A DNA stretch of 64,000 nucleotides from the NCBI RefSeq assembly GCF_009834535.1, contig NC_045696.1, positions 76,014,001 to 76,078,000 of the forward strand, given 5' to 3'. Source of the DNA: Camelus ferus (taxonomy: Eukaryota). This document shows positions 37,819 to 49,604 of the stretch, in pieces (the stretch's first letter is position 1; every line of letters begins with the position of its first letter). Under the pieces are notes generated by a model. The model was not told the DNA's origin. It was given only the letters and a program-made list of their open reading frames with translations, and made no database searches. A program made the translations under genes and the position numbers.

Positions 37819-40800
37819 ATTTTTAATCTGATTGTAGAATTCTAGATTCACAGATTTTCCCCTCTTTCAACACTTTAAAAATCATATTTCATTGTATTCA
37901 GGCCTCCACTTTTCTGATGAAAAAAATTTGTGTCATTGTTCCCCAGTATGAACCCTTTTTTTCTCTTTAATTTTGGTGTTCAGCAGGTTGAATATGATAT
38001 ACCGTCATGTGGTTTTATTTGTATATCCTTTGTTCAGCTTCTTAGATTTACAAATTGATAGGACTCTTGAAATTTGGGGTTTTTTTGGCCACTGCTTCCT
38101 CAAACATGTTTTCTACTTTGTTCTTTTTCTCTTCTTTCTCTGGGATTCCAGTTCCACATGTGTCAGGACCAGTCAATATCAAGACCAGTCACTGGGGCTG
38201 CCTCTCTGCTTGGCTCCACCTCCCTGTACAGTGGCAAGAAAGGACCCCAAGGGAAAGCCAGGACCATGATGAGGCCAACTTTTCAGGGTTTTCAGTCCTT
38301 CATTGACTATTTTTTAGTGCCTGGAAAAAGTTGTCTGGTACATTTTGTTCAATTTAATAGTTGTTTTTGGCAGGAGGTCTAGATTGGTACATGTTACTCT
38401 GTCATGGATAGAAATAGAAGTTGCCAAGATTAGTTTTTAAAGAACAAATTTAAACTCTTATTTTAGGGTCAGAATAAGAAATCTCTTCTCTTTCATTGTT
38501 ACCTTTAGTTCAATTCACCTAAGCAATCTCTCTATTTTGTAACACTGACAGGAAATGCTGTAGATAAGTGTAGGTTCAGTATTAGTCTAAATATAGTTAT
38601 TTCACAACAATAATACATTAAAATTTTGCATACATTTTATCCAACTGCACAATCAAAATTATTGCTGCTCTTTGTATTCCAAGACAAAAGATATTTTTAA
38701 TAAAAAATCCCTCATAAACAAATTTAGAGACAGCCAAATTGTTGGCTCATTTCATCTGTAATTTGTATTTTATGCTGCTAACTTAGCAAACTACCTTTTG
38801 CTTCTTACTTTAACCAAAAGACAAATAAAATGCAATGCCTACCTTTCAGATAGCTTGTAGATACAGTACAAAGATTTTATGAAAAGAAATCAACAATATA
38901 AAAGTGGATCCATCTAATTTATCAACATTATGCTATCCTCCCCAGCTAAATACTGTAACATTTGATTCAACATGCAATGGGTGAGCACCTGTTTTTCCCA
39001 AAGCATAATTTTAGGGGCTGCGGTACAAATATGACTTGAGTTTCTACTACAGCCAGAGAACAGTCTTTGGAAACAAATCTTCATTTGGATACTAATTCCA
39101 TTATCCAATAAAACCTAGCAATGCAACCTCCTTGAGCTTCCACTTTCACATCTGTTACACTGATCTAAACACAATGATCTTGCATGAAAATTGTACAGTT
39201 TAAACATAATGACTTCTGCTCCATATCTGGCATACAATAGATGCTCTTTAAGTGTTATCCTCTTTTTCTCTACCCTGCCTTCTTCCCATCTTTACCCCAT
39301 TCATAGCCAAGATCCCTAGAAGACATGGCTAGGCAGTGAATTTTAGTCTGTTCTCTGTTGAGTCCTCCCATTCCTCTGACATGGTTCTTGGGCCACTGGT
39401 ATTGGAGGAATGGCAGAAAATGACAATGCTATTTAAACCTTTTGTGTCTTTTACATATTGTGGGTTAGTGTAAAATTTCCTCTGACAAACAGGGTTCAGT
39501 CTTTTTAAAATTTTTTTTGAAAACCAATTTAGAGAAATAATAAATCCTACATCCTTATTATCCACTTCTTTTTAGAAAGAAACACTAGCAAGAAGTTTAG
39601 AGATAAGGGAAAATAGCCTTCCTCCTCTTTTCTTCTGTTGCAATCTTTCTACCCTCTGCTTCCTATATGGGTAAGTGGGCTTCCAGAATTTTCCTGCCAT
39701 CATAGATGATTTACAGGGACCCCACTTGGATCCATTTGGAATAAATAAGGGAGTAAACATTCCTACAAAAAGAGTAAGGTAAGTGATAATATCATATTAC
39801 TTTGCACTAACAGTAAGTCTAATATAATTATATACAGCATGCCATGAATTTAAAGGTATCTAGAGACATCATTTTGGGTGAGCCCTATCGCCAACATGAC
39901 TGAAAAAATATGGAAAATACTATTATCACCACTGAACAAGTGAGGAAAATGAAGTTTAATGAGATCAACTGGTAAAGAAAAGAGAAAATAGAGAAAGTCA
40001 GCCTTGTTCTCTCACAACTGATACTCCACCAAAACATATGCCAATAAACTGAAGCATTATCAGTACCAGGTAGATGCTAGAAATAAGTTCATGTAAGAAG
40101 TTATTTCTCGCCATATTTTAAGTATTTATCATTAACCTGTAGTAAGTACAGATTCTTCACTTAGTTTCTCTAGAATGAGAATTATTCACAACAGAGTTTA
40201 CCTCCAAATTCTTATTTCAAACAATTGAGTAACTCCCAACAGTATTTGTTGATACTTCTTTTGGGCTATTTTCCTTTGACTTCTTCATGTTAATCATAGC
40301 CAATTAAGAAAAACAAATTTAAACCAAAATCCTTCCTTACCAAAGCAGGTAAAGAATAAAAAGTATATTGTTAAAAATGACAACAAACAATGAAGAAGCC
40401 TTATTTAACGTTTAGAGAATGTTTATAGACTAAAAGGAAATGCTATCTTTGGCAAAATTTCAGACAAGGAACATAAACTGAGGTTTTGGTACGAGTTTAT
40501 TGTAGTTTGGTATCTTTTTAATTAAGTAATTTTAAGTTTATAGTTTTGAATCATCAGGAAAAAAATTGCAACACAATCTGTTTAGCACAAAGGCATGTTG
40601 CTGACACAGTCAAAAAGTCCTGAACCTTTACTTATTTTTGAAATAAACACTGGCAGTGTTTACTGAGAACAAGGGAAACATCTGAGAACAAGGGAAATAC
40701 AGTGATTCTCTAAATGTTTCAATTTGGAACTGTTTGTGCTGATTCATCATTATCTGAGGATCCTTTCTGAGATACAATGGAGTGTGTTCAGTACCTGCCA

Positions 40801-42459
40801 AAAACGAATAATTCTGAAGGAGAATCACATTATAAAACTTATTTTTTCCTTACCTAAGCGCTGCCCAAAAATCTGGAAAAATAATTTTCTCTATAACTGA
40901 GTACAGTGGCTTTTACTTTCAGTGCTCATATAAACAACTTTTTCAAAGAGAAAAGTTATTTAAATTAAATCTGGAATCTTGCTTCATTTCTTTTATATTT
41001 AAAGAGAAGAGATTTTTTTAGAGCTTTCTAAGACTTTATAAATTGGGTTGGTAAGATTATTTCACTCTACCGTCATAGAAACTGATTCAGTGGTTTTCAC
41101 CAAATAAATGAGAATGATGATTTTGACATCATAGGCCAATGGCTAGCCATAACTTAGACTGGATTAGAGGGAAAATAGTAAACATTTTTCTGTTAATTAT
41201 TTGCTGTTTCACAGGAATAAATTATTAAAGTTTGTAAATCTATAATTAGTAATTTAAAATATTTTGACATTTAAACATTTGTGTACAGTCTCATAAGTAT
41301 TTTTAGTGTTATCGCTCAATGTTCATTCGGATGTTATGTCTATGTCTAGAATTAAGCAGACAATTACTCTCCACACACCCTGAATTTTCTCCTCTTAACT
41401 AATATCTCCTAAGGAACATGCATTGCTCTCAGGGTTTAACTTAAAAGCAGCTGGTGTGACTCTCTCTCATTTTCTTCATTCAATCCAGTCTTTCCACAAA
41501 CATTTATTATCAGTTAATATGTGATAGATACCACAGTAGGCCCTGAGGATGAAGAATGGGTTATAATCACTGTCATCAAGATGGTCATTAACTAGCACAC
41601 AGTGACAGACACGTAAAGAAACAAGTGAAACATTCATGATAAACGTACAAGACACAGTGGGAATCCAAAGGCAAGGCGTTTTTTGTTAGTACAACCATTG
41701 ACTCTAACTATAGTAGGCAGAGTTTCTTCCCCCTCAATTCCTTTTTAAAAAATCATTCTTTTTTTCACATTCTCAAAAAGATCATTTGAATTAAAAATAA
41801 TTTTAAAATATGAAAAGTTATAACAAACTTAAAAATTTTAGTGTGAACTCATGACTAAAATCAGATCATGTATTATCTCTACTTTATGAAAAAATAACAT
41901 AACTCTTAGAAAAGACAAATTTATAAACCATTCTTTAATTTTTTTAGTACAGGGTGGTGTTGTTTGGAGCTAGTTTCACAAGTTAGAGTCAGGAAATTTG
42001 CCCATAATAAACAACACGTGACCTATGTCTAGAAGTTTGGAGAAGAGAGAGCGTGGTATAGCATTCTAGTAGAGAGAACAGATAAAGATTAAAGAACCAA
42101 AAAAAAACAAACAAAACAAAAAAAAAACCAAACTCTCAGTTCAAGTAAGTACAAACTGAATTTTCTTTTTTGCTAGCTAATATTCTTCACACTAGATACT
42201 AGGTCTTTTGAAAAGTTCTAGATTATCTTTCCATTTCTTTACTTTGTCTCAATTCATGGCTACAAGGAAGATTCATTTTATGGTATGACTTTCAGATGTT
42301 AATTAGAAGTCTTCAGATGTGAAACGTTTTTTCTGTCTAAACACAGTATTTTTTTCTTTGAGTCCTTCTTTGATGCTTAGCTCCCCCTTCTTTGATTTCA
42401 GTAACAGGTATATAGTCTCAAGTACCTCAAAACCTAAACATTCTCCCAACTACAACAGC

Positions 42460-43140
42460 TACAATTAAAACTGACAATATCGAGTGTTGACAAGTATGAA
42501 GAGCATCTAGAACATTCTTACACTGTGCTAGAAGTATAAAACAGTACAACCACTTTGGAAAATGATTTGACAGTTTCTTAAAAAGTTAAACACACCCTAT
42601 GACCCAACAGTTCCATTCTCAGGTATACAACCAAGAGAAATTAATGCTTATGTCTGTCATAAAAAAAAATCTTTTACTAACAATATTTATAACAGTTTAT
42701 TTCATAGCCTAAAACTGGAAAAATCCTAATCTGGTTCATTAACTAGAGAATGTATAGATGTCATGTATAGCCACACAATGGAATACTGTCAGCATAATTG
42801 CTAAACAAATGGAAAAGAACTACTAATGCACCAATTTAGATAAACCTCAAAAATGCTAAATTGAGTGAAAAAGGTCAGAAAAAAAATACATATACTGCAT
42901 TATTTTATTTAGTTCAAGAAGAGATAAAACTAATCTAGGGGAATAGAAGTCAAAACAGTAGTTTCCTCTAAGATGGTGTGTTGCATGGAAAGGAGTATGA
43001 TAGGACCCTCTGGGGCAATGGAAATGATTTATATCTTTATCTGTAAGTGGTTATAAGAGGCTATAACTATGTTAGAAACCATCAACCTATAACTTAAGAT
43101 GTGAGCATTTTAATATAGTAAATTACACTTTAATAAAGTA
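42460..43140 (+). mobile_element. Old LINE-1 3' end (L1MD/ME-like)
   Basis: tacaaccactttggaaaa...tttcttaaaaagttaaac...tatgacccaacagttccattctcaggtat...aattacactttaataaag. Confidence 0.85.
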
Positions 43141-44989
43141 CTATTAAATAGCAAATAATATCCTCTGTTAACTTCTTATTAAAATGTCTAGTGACTGCAA
43201 AACTCCCAAATATGTTTTGAATATGTTGTTTTTATATGAGGTTATCTTAAAATGTAACAACAAGATGTGGCTAAAATTTAACCAAAGAACATACACTTTC
43301 TTCATGTCAGGCCAATTCAATGACCCAATTAAAAAGGCTCAACTATGGCTACCTCCTCTTTGAAATTAGTTGGTTGAAAACTGGAAAAAAAAATCAGTGT
43401 AAACAAGGGTAAATATTAAGTTAACTGTTCAACTCGAACCTTGACTGAATTTTCAGATAAAATAGTCTTGTTTTCAATTAGAGAAATTAGCTAATTTCAA
43501 ATATGTTAAGAAAAGTGGCCCAAGATGTCCAAGAAGAAAAAGTATCTGAGCCTTATACAATAATCTGAAGAGGCTGCTGGTGGCACTCGGATGTGGCCCT
43601 AAGGACTCAAGAGAAGAGAAAGATGACCAATACACAGAACATCAAGATCATCAGTGTCTACTTTATCTGAAAGGAGAGCTGGTTGAGGTGAGGAGCCACA
43701 CTTACGTATGAGCAGGAGCTAATGGTTTGGTGAAGTCACTGTCAGTGACCTTAAAGAAGCAAGACTGAAGAGCTGGTGACCAGGAGATTTTATGTATTTT
43801 ATCTCCCCAGTAGATAAAATTTAGCACTGGATATGGTAGTCTGTGTAGCACCCCGGGTGATTCCTAAATTTCATCTAGGAATTGATGAAATTCACTTCAC
43901 TTCCCAATACAACCCTATTGTTCCCTGAAAATTCAGGTCTGTTGTCCCAAGCAAGAAAGGCAACATTTCCCCCTTCCTCCTTTTTTTTTTTTTTTTTCTT
44001 TCTCTATTTGGATTAGTGACATGAGAAGCAGAACGCCAGCAGGGAATCTCATTTTTCACGTGAGTGGAGCCTTAATTCTAATTCCTGGTTGCAGTAGTCT
44101 TCCACTGGGGAGAAAGTTCATTAAAACAGAGAACCCGGGTGCCACAGGGATGGAAAAAATAATTGGAAGTGGGTTATTAGGTGTCATCAACAAACACATC
44201 ACCCATTGCTCCGTCTCTTGTTCCCAGACCTATCCTTTCCAGCTGTAGGGGGAAGTGCCTATACTACTACCACCTTGGGACTAGGACAAGAGCAAAGCTA
44301 GGTGATTCAGTCAAAGGAATGACAGAAAATGACGGAGACTTGGGCAATGGAAAATGCAGCCAAGACCCCCACTTCTGTATCTTTCCTGTGCACTGCATTC
44401 CCATGCCACCATGCTTTTTCATCAGTCACACTCCAGTACAGCAGTCTGCTCTCCCTGCTGTCATAGCAAAAATAAATTGATGGAGATAGGAAGGAAGCAG
44501 GCAGCCTCAGTCTCTCTGCCAAGAGGAATCTGGGAGTAAAGCCAGGAAGAAAAGAACAGTGGAGGTAGAAGTTCACGTGGCATGTGGAGAGCCACCACCT
44601 GACTTTTCAGAGGGTAAGAGGAATACGGGGAATTCAGTATTAAGCCCCTAAACTGGGAAGAAAAAAAAAATGGATAGTAGCTGGGGTAAGAGGTTCACAG
44701 AAAACCCTGCAGAGAAACATCCTGCCCCGGAACCCCAAAGTAGAGCATATGATTCAGAGTATTCAGGGGCTAAAGCGTCAGCACAAGTGCAATGGAAAGA
44801 AACCAAGCTCCAAAGGGAAAGCCTGCCCTCACTCTGTGATGACTCCCAAGGAGCTCCAACAGAACCATCTCACATGATTCATCCTCAGATCCCAGTCCAG
44901 CTACACCAGCAACACGCAGAGACGTTGACTCTAGCCTCTGCTTCTCATTTTGCAGTGATCAGCTCTCTGTTTTTATATACATCACTCTT

Positions 44990-45355
44990 TGCTCTAACTT
45001 TTCATGTTCCCTCTGCTGAAATGCTCCTTCCCCCAAATATCCACGTGGCTCATTCACTTCACTTCCTTGAGTCTCTGCTCAGATGTATTTACAGGAAATT
45101 CTTCCCTGCATACCCTACTTAAAATTGCAAAGTCCCTACAAAAACACATACTGAGCACTCTTGATCCCCCTTACTCAGCTCCACTATGTTCCCATAGCCC
45201 TTAACACATTCTAACATTATAGAATTTACTTATCTTGCTTATTTGCTTTCTCTCTCTGTTAGAATGTAATCCTCATCTGCTTTCACTGACACACTCCTAG
45301 TCTCTATAACTCAGCCTAGCATACAGCTGAGGCTCAATAAGTATTTGTTGAGCTA
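44990..45355 (+). mobile_element. L2a-like 3' end
   Basis: tgttccctctgctgaaatgctccttcccccaaatatccacgtggctcattc...ctcaataagtatttgttga. Confidence 0.85.
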
Positions 45356-45419
45356 GTTGATAAATAAATGCCATAGACTGTTGGCTCTGAAAGTACAGGA
45401 ACTAATATGCATTTTGATA

Positions 45420-45935
45420 AACACGACCAACCTGTTTCTCCAATCTGCTGCTAATTTTGCGGATCTGCCTCTGTTTGGGACAAGACGAACCACCACAAAT
45501 AATAATTTCTGCCTTCTGCAAAACCCACCAATCAGCATCTACCCTTCAGCATACCTCTTCTCCATAACAACTTCTGCCTCCCTGGACCTGAGTGAGAACT
45601 ACTAGCGGGAAAGTTCATCCCTGCCCCTTTCTCTTTCAGACACTCCCATTTCACTTTCAGTATACCCACCAATCAAAACTTACCTCTCAGTAGCCGTCAT
45701 TTGCATAAGAACCCACCAATCAGCTCCTACCCAGGGGGATAAATAACCAAGCCTGTACGCAGGAAAGTGGGCTCCAGTCTAAATGGAGAACCCCTCTGCA
45801 TGTCTCTCCCAAAGTCTGTAAGGGGATGGCAGGCTCCATTCTAAGTGGAGCCCTCTCTTTAGGTTTCCAAAAACAGACATGACTCTGCCTTTGAGCCCTC
45901 TCTCTCTCCCTTCTTTCTGTCCCACTCTTAATACA
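45420..45935 (+). promoter_or_regulatory. Promoter-like module, probably the U3/R of an old LTR
   Basis: Three ACCCACCAATCA copies, octamer ATTTGCAT (45699-706), GCGGGAAA and TATA-like GATAAATA (45738-45), followed by two related hairpins. Confidence 0.5.
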
Positions 45936-46139
45936 TTCATCTTTGTATCCCTTGCAATCTAGACTGTACTTGGCACATGCTAGACTCTCTGTAAATGCTT
46001 GCTAAATAAATGAATGTATGAAAATTTTAATCTCAAGTTGAAATAGCTGAATTTGTATCCTAGATTCAAGTAGAGATTTCTAGTGGGACAGGTGATGAAT
46101 CAAAGGAAAGAGGATATTATACAATATTAATAGTAGTAC

Positions 46140-46390
46140 TAATGGTTATGATGATGATAATAGCCAGTTAGTGGTAATGTCAATTTGTCAAGTATGTTTT
46201 TTGGTATTTATTATGTCTGGTCCTCACAATCATCCTGAAAAAGAAGCATTATTATCTTCATCTTACAGATGAAAGTGTTAGGGCACAGAATATTTTAACA
46301 AATGTCTCACATCACAGAGATGGTAAAGACTGAGGGATTTAAACCTAGGACTGCCTGGAATGACTCGAAAACCAAAGCACCATTCTGCTT
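46140..46390 (-). mobile_element. MIR SINE
   Basis: tcctcacaatcatcctga...cttacagatgaaa...gggatttaaacctagg. Confidence 0.7.
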
Positions 46391-47449
46391 AATGCACATT
46401 TTGCTCCTCAGCTATGGAAACCAAACAATGGTTTTCTTCCCACCATGGGTTGTGCTGATATGGGAGAAACAGCAATGCAGGCAGCTCTTATCACCTGGTT
46501 CTAAAGCATATCAGGGCCCTGATAAGGAACATCAAGTTGCCTCATATGAAAGCACTGCTATTCTCCAAGACTAAGTAACATAAACAATAAATTGAGAATT
46601 GAGGGGGGTTGAATTCTAGGAGGCAATTCAAGAAAAGCTTCCTAAATGGAAGAGGTTTCTAGGAAGTATTCAGAAGGATGTAAGACATGTGGGAGGGAAA
46701 AGGCAGCATATCTCCAGAAACAGAAAAAATAGACTAAGCCCAGTGGAGAACAATACTTAGGTAACTGAAATGCAATCTCTGCACTATACATTACTTAGTC
46801 AGTTACCTAACAAAGTGCAGTTTTTACGTGCAAGGCATTTTCTGGGCACTGAACATATAGCAAGATGGTCAGAAAATCCCTGTCCTCGTGGTGCTTCCAT
46901 TCAACTTGGGGGAGAAACAATAAAATTTATGAAATACATGGCATATCAGATTGGGTTAAAATTAAGCAGAAAAATAAAGCAGAGAAAAGAAGATGGGGGC
47001 TTGGGGGGTTGTAATTTAACAGTGTGCTTTTTTAATACTATTTGAAGCTATCAAAGAAATTGATACATTTAAGGCAAAATTGCCAGATCTTTGTAAAATG
47101 ATTTAACATTAAGCTCTGTTTGGCTGCATAAGATTTTCTTGTTTCAGCTGAAGGCAGCAGTTCAAGAGGGTGACGCGCTCTGTCTCTGTACTTGAGGCTC
47201 TCTGCTGATTGCTCTGAGCCGAGAATAATAGCAGAACTCCAGCCAATTTCCAGACTGGTGAGAATCTGGGGAAAAGGGATTTTTAAAAATATTTTGCTCC
47301 ACAGAGTCCCCACAGTTGGTGAAGAATAACAGTGCCTCATTAGGCAGCCAGAATTCTAGCCTGACCACTAAGTGTCATTGTGGTTGCAGAGCACAGATCT
47401 GGGTCAGCAAAAGAAGAAAAGAAGTGAATAAAATGAAAATCATGAGCAA

Positions 47450-47740
47450 AAAGCTTCATCATATTTGATAGGTCATTTCTAGAGAATTGCATGATTAAGG
47501 AACGTGAGAGCAGAGTAGCAGGTGCTTAAGGACTTCAGAAAGACATCTTGTGTAGGGCTTTAAAATTACTTAGGAGCTTAATAAAAATTGACATCTATAT
47601 GGACACTATCTCATGGTTGAAAAGCTGGCTGAAAGATTGAAAAGCCTGTAAACAAATGAAAATAAATGGCTTGCAGTTCATACTGGGAGGAGTTCTCAGG
47701 GTTAGCATTTGAAGACCTCTTATTTAGTGTGAAAGCTGGA
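47450..47740 (+). mobile_element. CR1/L3-clade LINE reverse-transcriptase remnant
   Basis: Manual translation with frameshifts gives DFRK...DTISWLKSWLKD*K...KING...GV.QG...LLFS, in the order of CR1 RT DFSKAFD...WIENWL.DRKQRV.ING...GVPQGS.LGP.LF. Confidence 0.55.
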
Positions 47741-48589
47741 TGACTAAGCTATTACATTAGGATAAATAGACTGGGAATGAAATGTGCAAATGAACTAACC
47801 TGGCAGGAGTCGTTGGAAAGGTAGGGAACTTATACCACCACAGAGTTGTTTATATTCAGATTTAGAAAAGGGCTGCATTTGAACATCTGTTTTTCAGAAT
47901 ACAAAGTGGTATCATGTCAGCTGGAAAGCCAGGAAGAGACCACACTCATGATTGGTTCAAGGAGAGTGGCTGGAACAGGAGGCATGAAAGGCTGTAAGTT
48001 AGATCAGGCGAACTGATGATGAAGGATGAGACAATCCACAAAGGCTTAAAGATGTAAACACCAAGTAGATTTAAAATTACTTATCCTGATATCCCAGGGC
48101 AGACTAATGGGAGAGAATTAAGGGAGGGTAATCACAACCAAACTCTTTCTTTCAACAATCGTGAACTGGGTCAGTCATCTTGGCTATGATTCTTTTATAC
48201 TTTTTATTCCTATTTCAAGACCTTGCTTAAATGTCACCATGTTTTTTGGCTTTCTTTGACTCCTCTCCTAACACCTCCAAGGCAGAATTAATCACTTCCT
48301 GAAGTATCTTTTCAGGGCATTTAAGAGATGTTTTAAACCACTAACCACACTGTATTTTAGTTATGTTTTGATCTCTATTAGTAGGATGCAAGTTTTTTAA
48401 AGAGTGGGTTTATGTCTTATTATATTTTGTACTTCCACCTAGAATATTGACGGTTATGTTAAACATTTAGTGAAACAAATGGCACCTTACACGATCACTT
48501 GGGATTTAATTACTAAAGTTATCATTTGTTACCTTGATGAAGCTATACTGTGTTTAAAAGAAAGTACTTTATGTATTGATAGTAAAAGA

Positions 48590-48900
48590 CTGCCAATACA
48601 TCCACTTTAAGTAAAAAAGGCAAAGTGCCAAGCAATGTGTATATCTTGCTATCTCATGTGTAGAATGAGAGAAAAATAAGGATATATTCATATTTGCTAT
48701 TATTTTCATCAATAAAGTCTGGACAGATACTTTAAAGGCTAATTACTGGTTACCTCTAGAGGAGATAGGATGATAGTATGATGGGGACAGTGGCAAAAGC
48801 AAAACATTTTTTCACTGTATATTTTTATGTGGTTTTGACTTTTTTAACATTCATTCACTATATAGCACTCATTGAAAACATTTTAAAATATGTTTTAAAA
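48590..48900 (+). mobile_element. Old LINE-1 3' UTR (L1MC/ME-like)
   Basis: taagtaaaaaaggcaaagtgccaagcaatgtgtat...ctggttacctct...ttttttcactgtatatt. Confidence 0.65.
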
Positions 48901-49402
48901 ACTAATCACATGGAGAATAAAAGCAACAGCAACAATAATGACGAAAAGGCTGCAGAGGAATCACTCTGTGGTTAACTAGTTTAAGGAGAAAGGTACTGCT
49001 ATGTGTTGGTTTATTTGTTTATTTTAATAAATGAGCTGAGTTCCACTTATAGATCAAGATATTGTTGAAGAAATTAAAGGAATTTTTTTTTTTCTCATGC
49101 AAGTCATGGTAATCAAAATTCTTTTGAAAAGCTCATTGGATAAAGGTGACTACTTCATTCTCTTTCTGCTAATTGCACTACTAAGGGTAGCATGCCTTAA
49201 GGATCTTCCATCTGTCACATTGAACCCAAGACAATTCCTTAACATATTGTTAGAAAATCAGTGTTTTAAATAATGAGATTTGGTCTGTCCTTGAAGGAGT
49301 GCTGGTACTAAAATAGATTTATATGAAGTTTTTGTTTGTCTAAGATAATTAGTGATCACTTCCCTTGACTGATTACTTTCAAGCAAAAACTATCACATTA
49401 AA

Positions 49403-49436
<34 letters not shown>

Positions 49437-49453
49437 AATATACACACACACAC

Positions 49454-49604
49454 GTAGCACAGGGAACTATATTCAATATCTTGTAATAACCTATAATGAA
49501 AAAGAATATGAAAAGGAATATATGTTTGTATATGTATGACTGAAGCATTATGCTGTACACCATAAACTGACACATTATAAACTGACTATACTTCAATTAA
49601 AAAA
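49454..49604 (+). mobile_element. Short, 5'-truncated lineage-specific (cetartiodactyl/camelid-type) L1 3' end
   Basis: tagcacagggaactatattcaatatcttgtaataacctataatgaaaaagaatatg...actgactatacttcaattaaaaaa. Confidence 0.85.

Larger units (their letters stand above)
36140..38420 (-). mobile_element. Old LINE-1 (L1M) body, interrupted by MLT1 and a younger L1 piece
   Basis: aaatttccctctaagaaccactctagctgcatctcacaaattttgatatg and other antisense L1 motifs. The L1 resumes after 37818 (tagaattctagattcacag). Confidence 0.8.

Noticed and set aside
43845..44945. Possible old Gypsy/ERVL LTR, including the 150-aa ORF 44670..45122
   Set aside because: Could not recognise a family or termini with confidence; the ORF runs into an L2.
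45769..45852. Histone 3' stem-loop or histone gene after the octamer/CCAAT promoter
   Set aside because: The hairpins lack the 6-bp stem/4-nt TTTC loop consensus and there is no histone ORF.
47091..47388. TG...CA-bounded ~300 bp possible solo LTR
   Set aside because: No TSD or family-diagnostic motif I can support.
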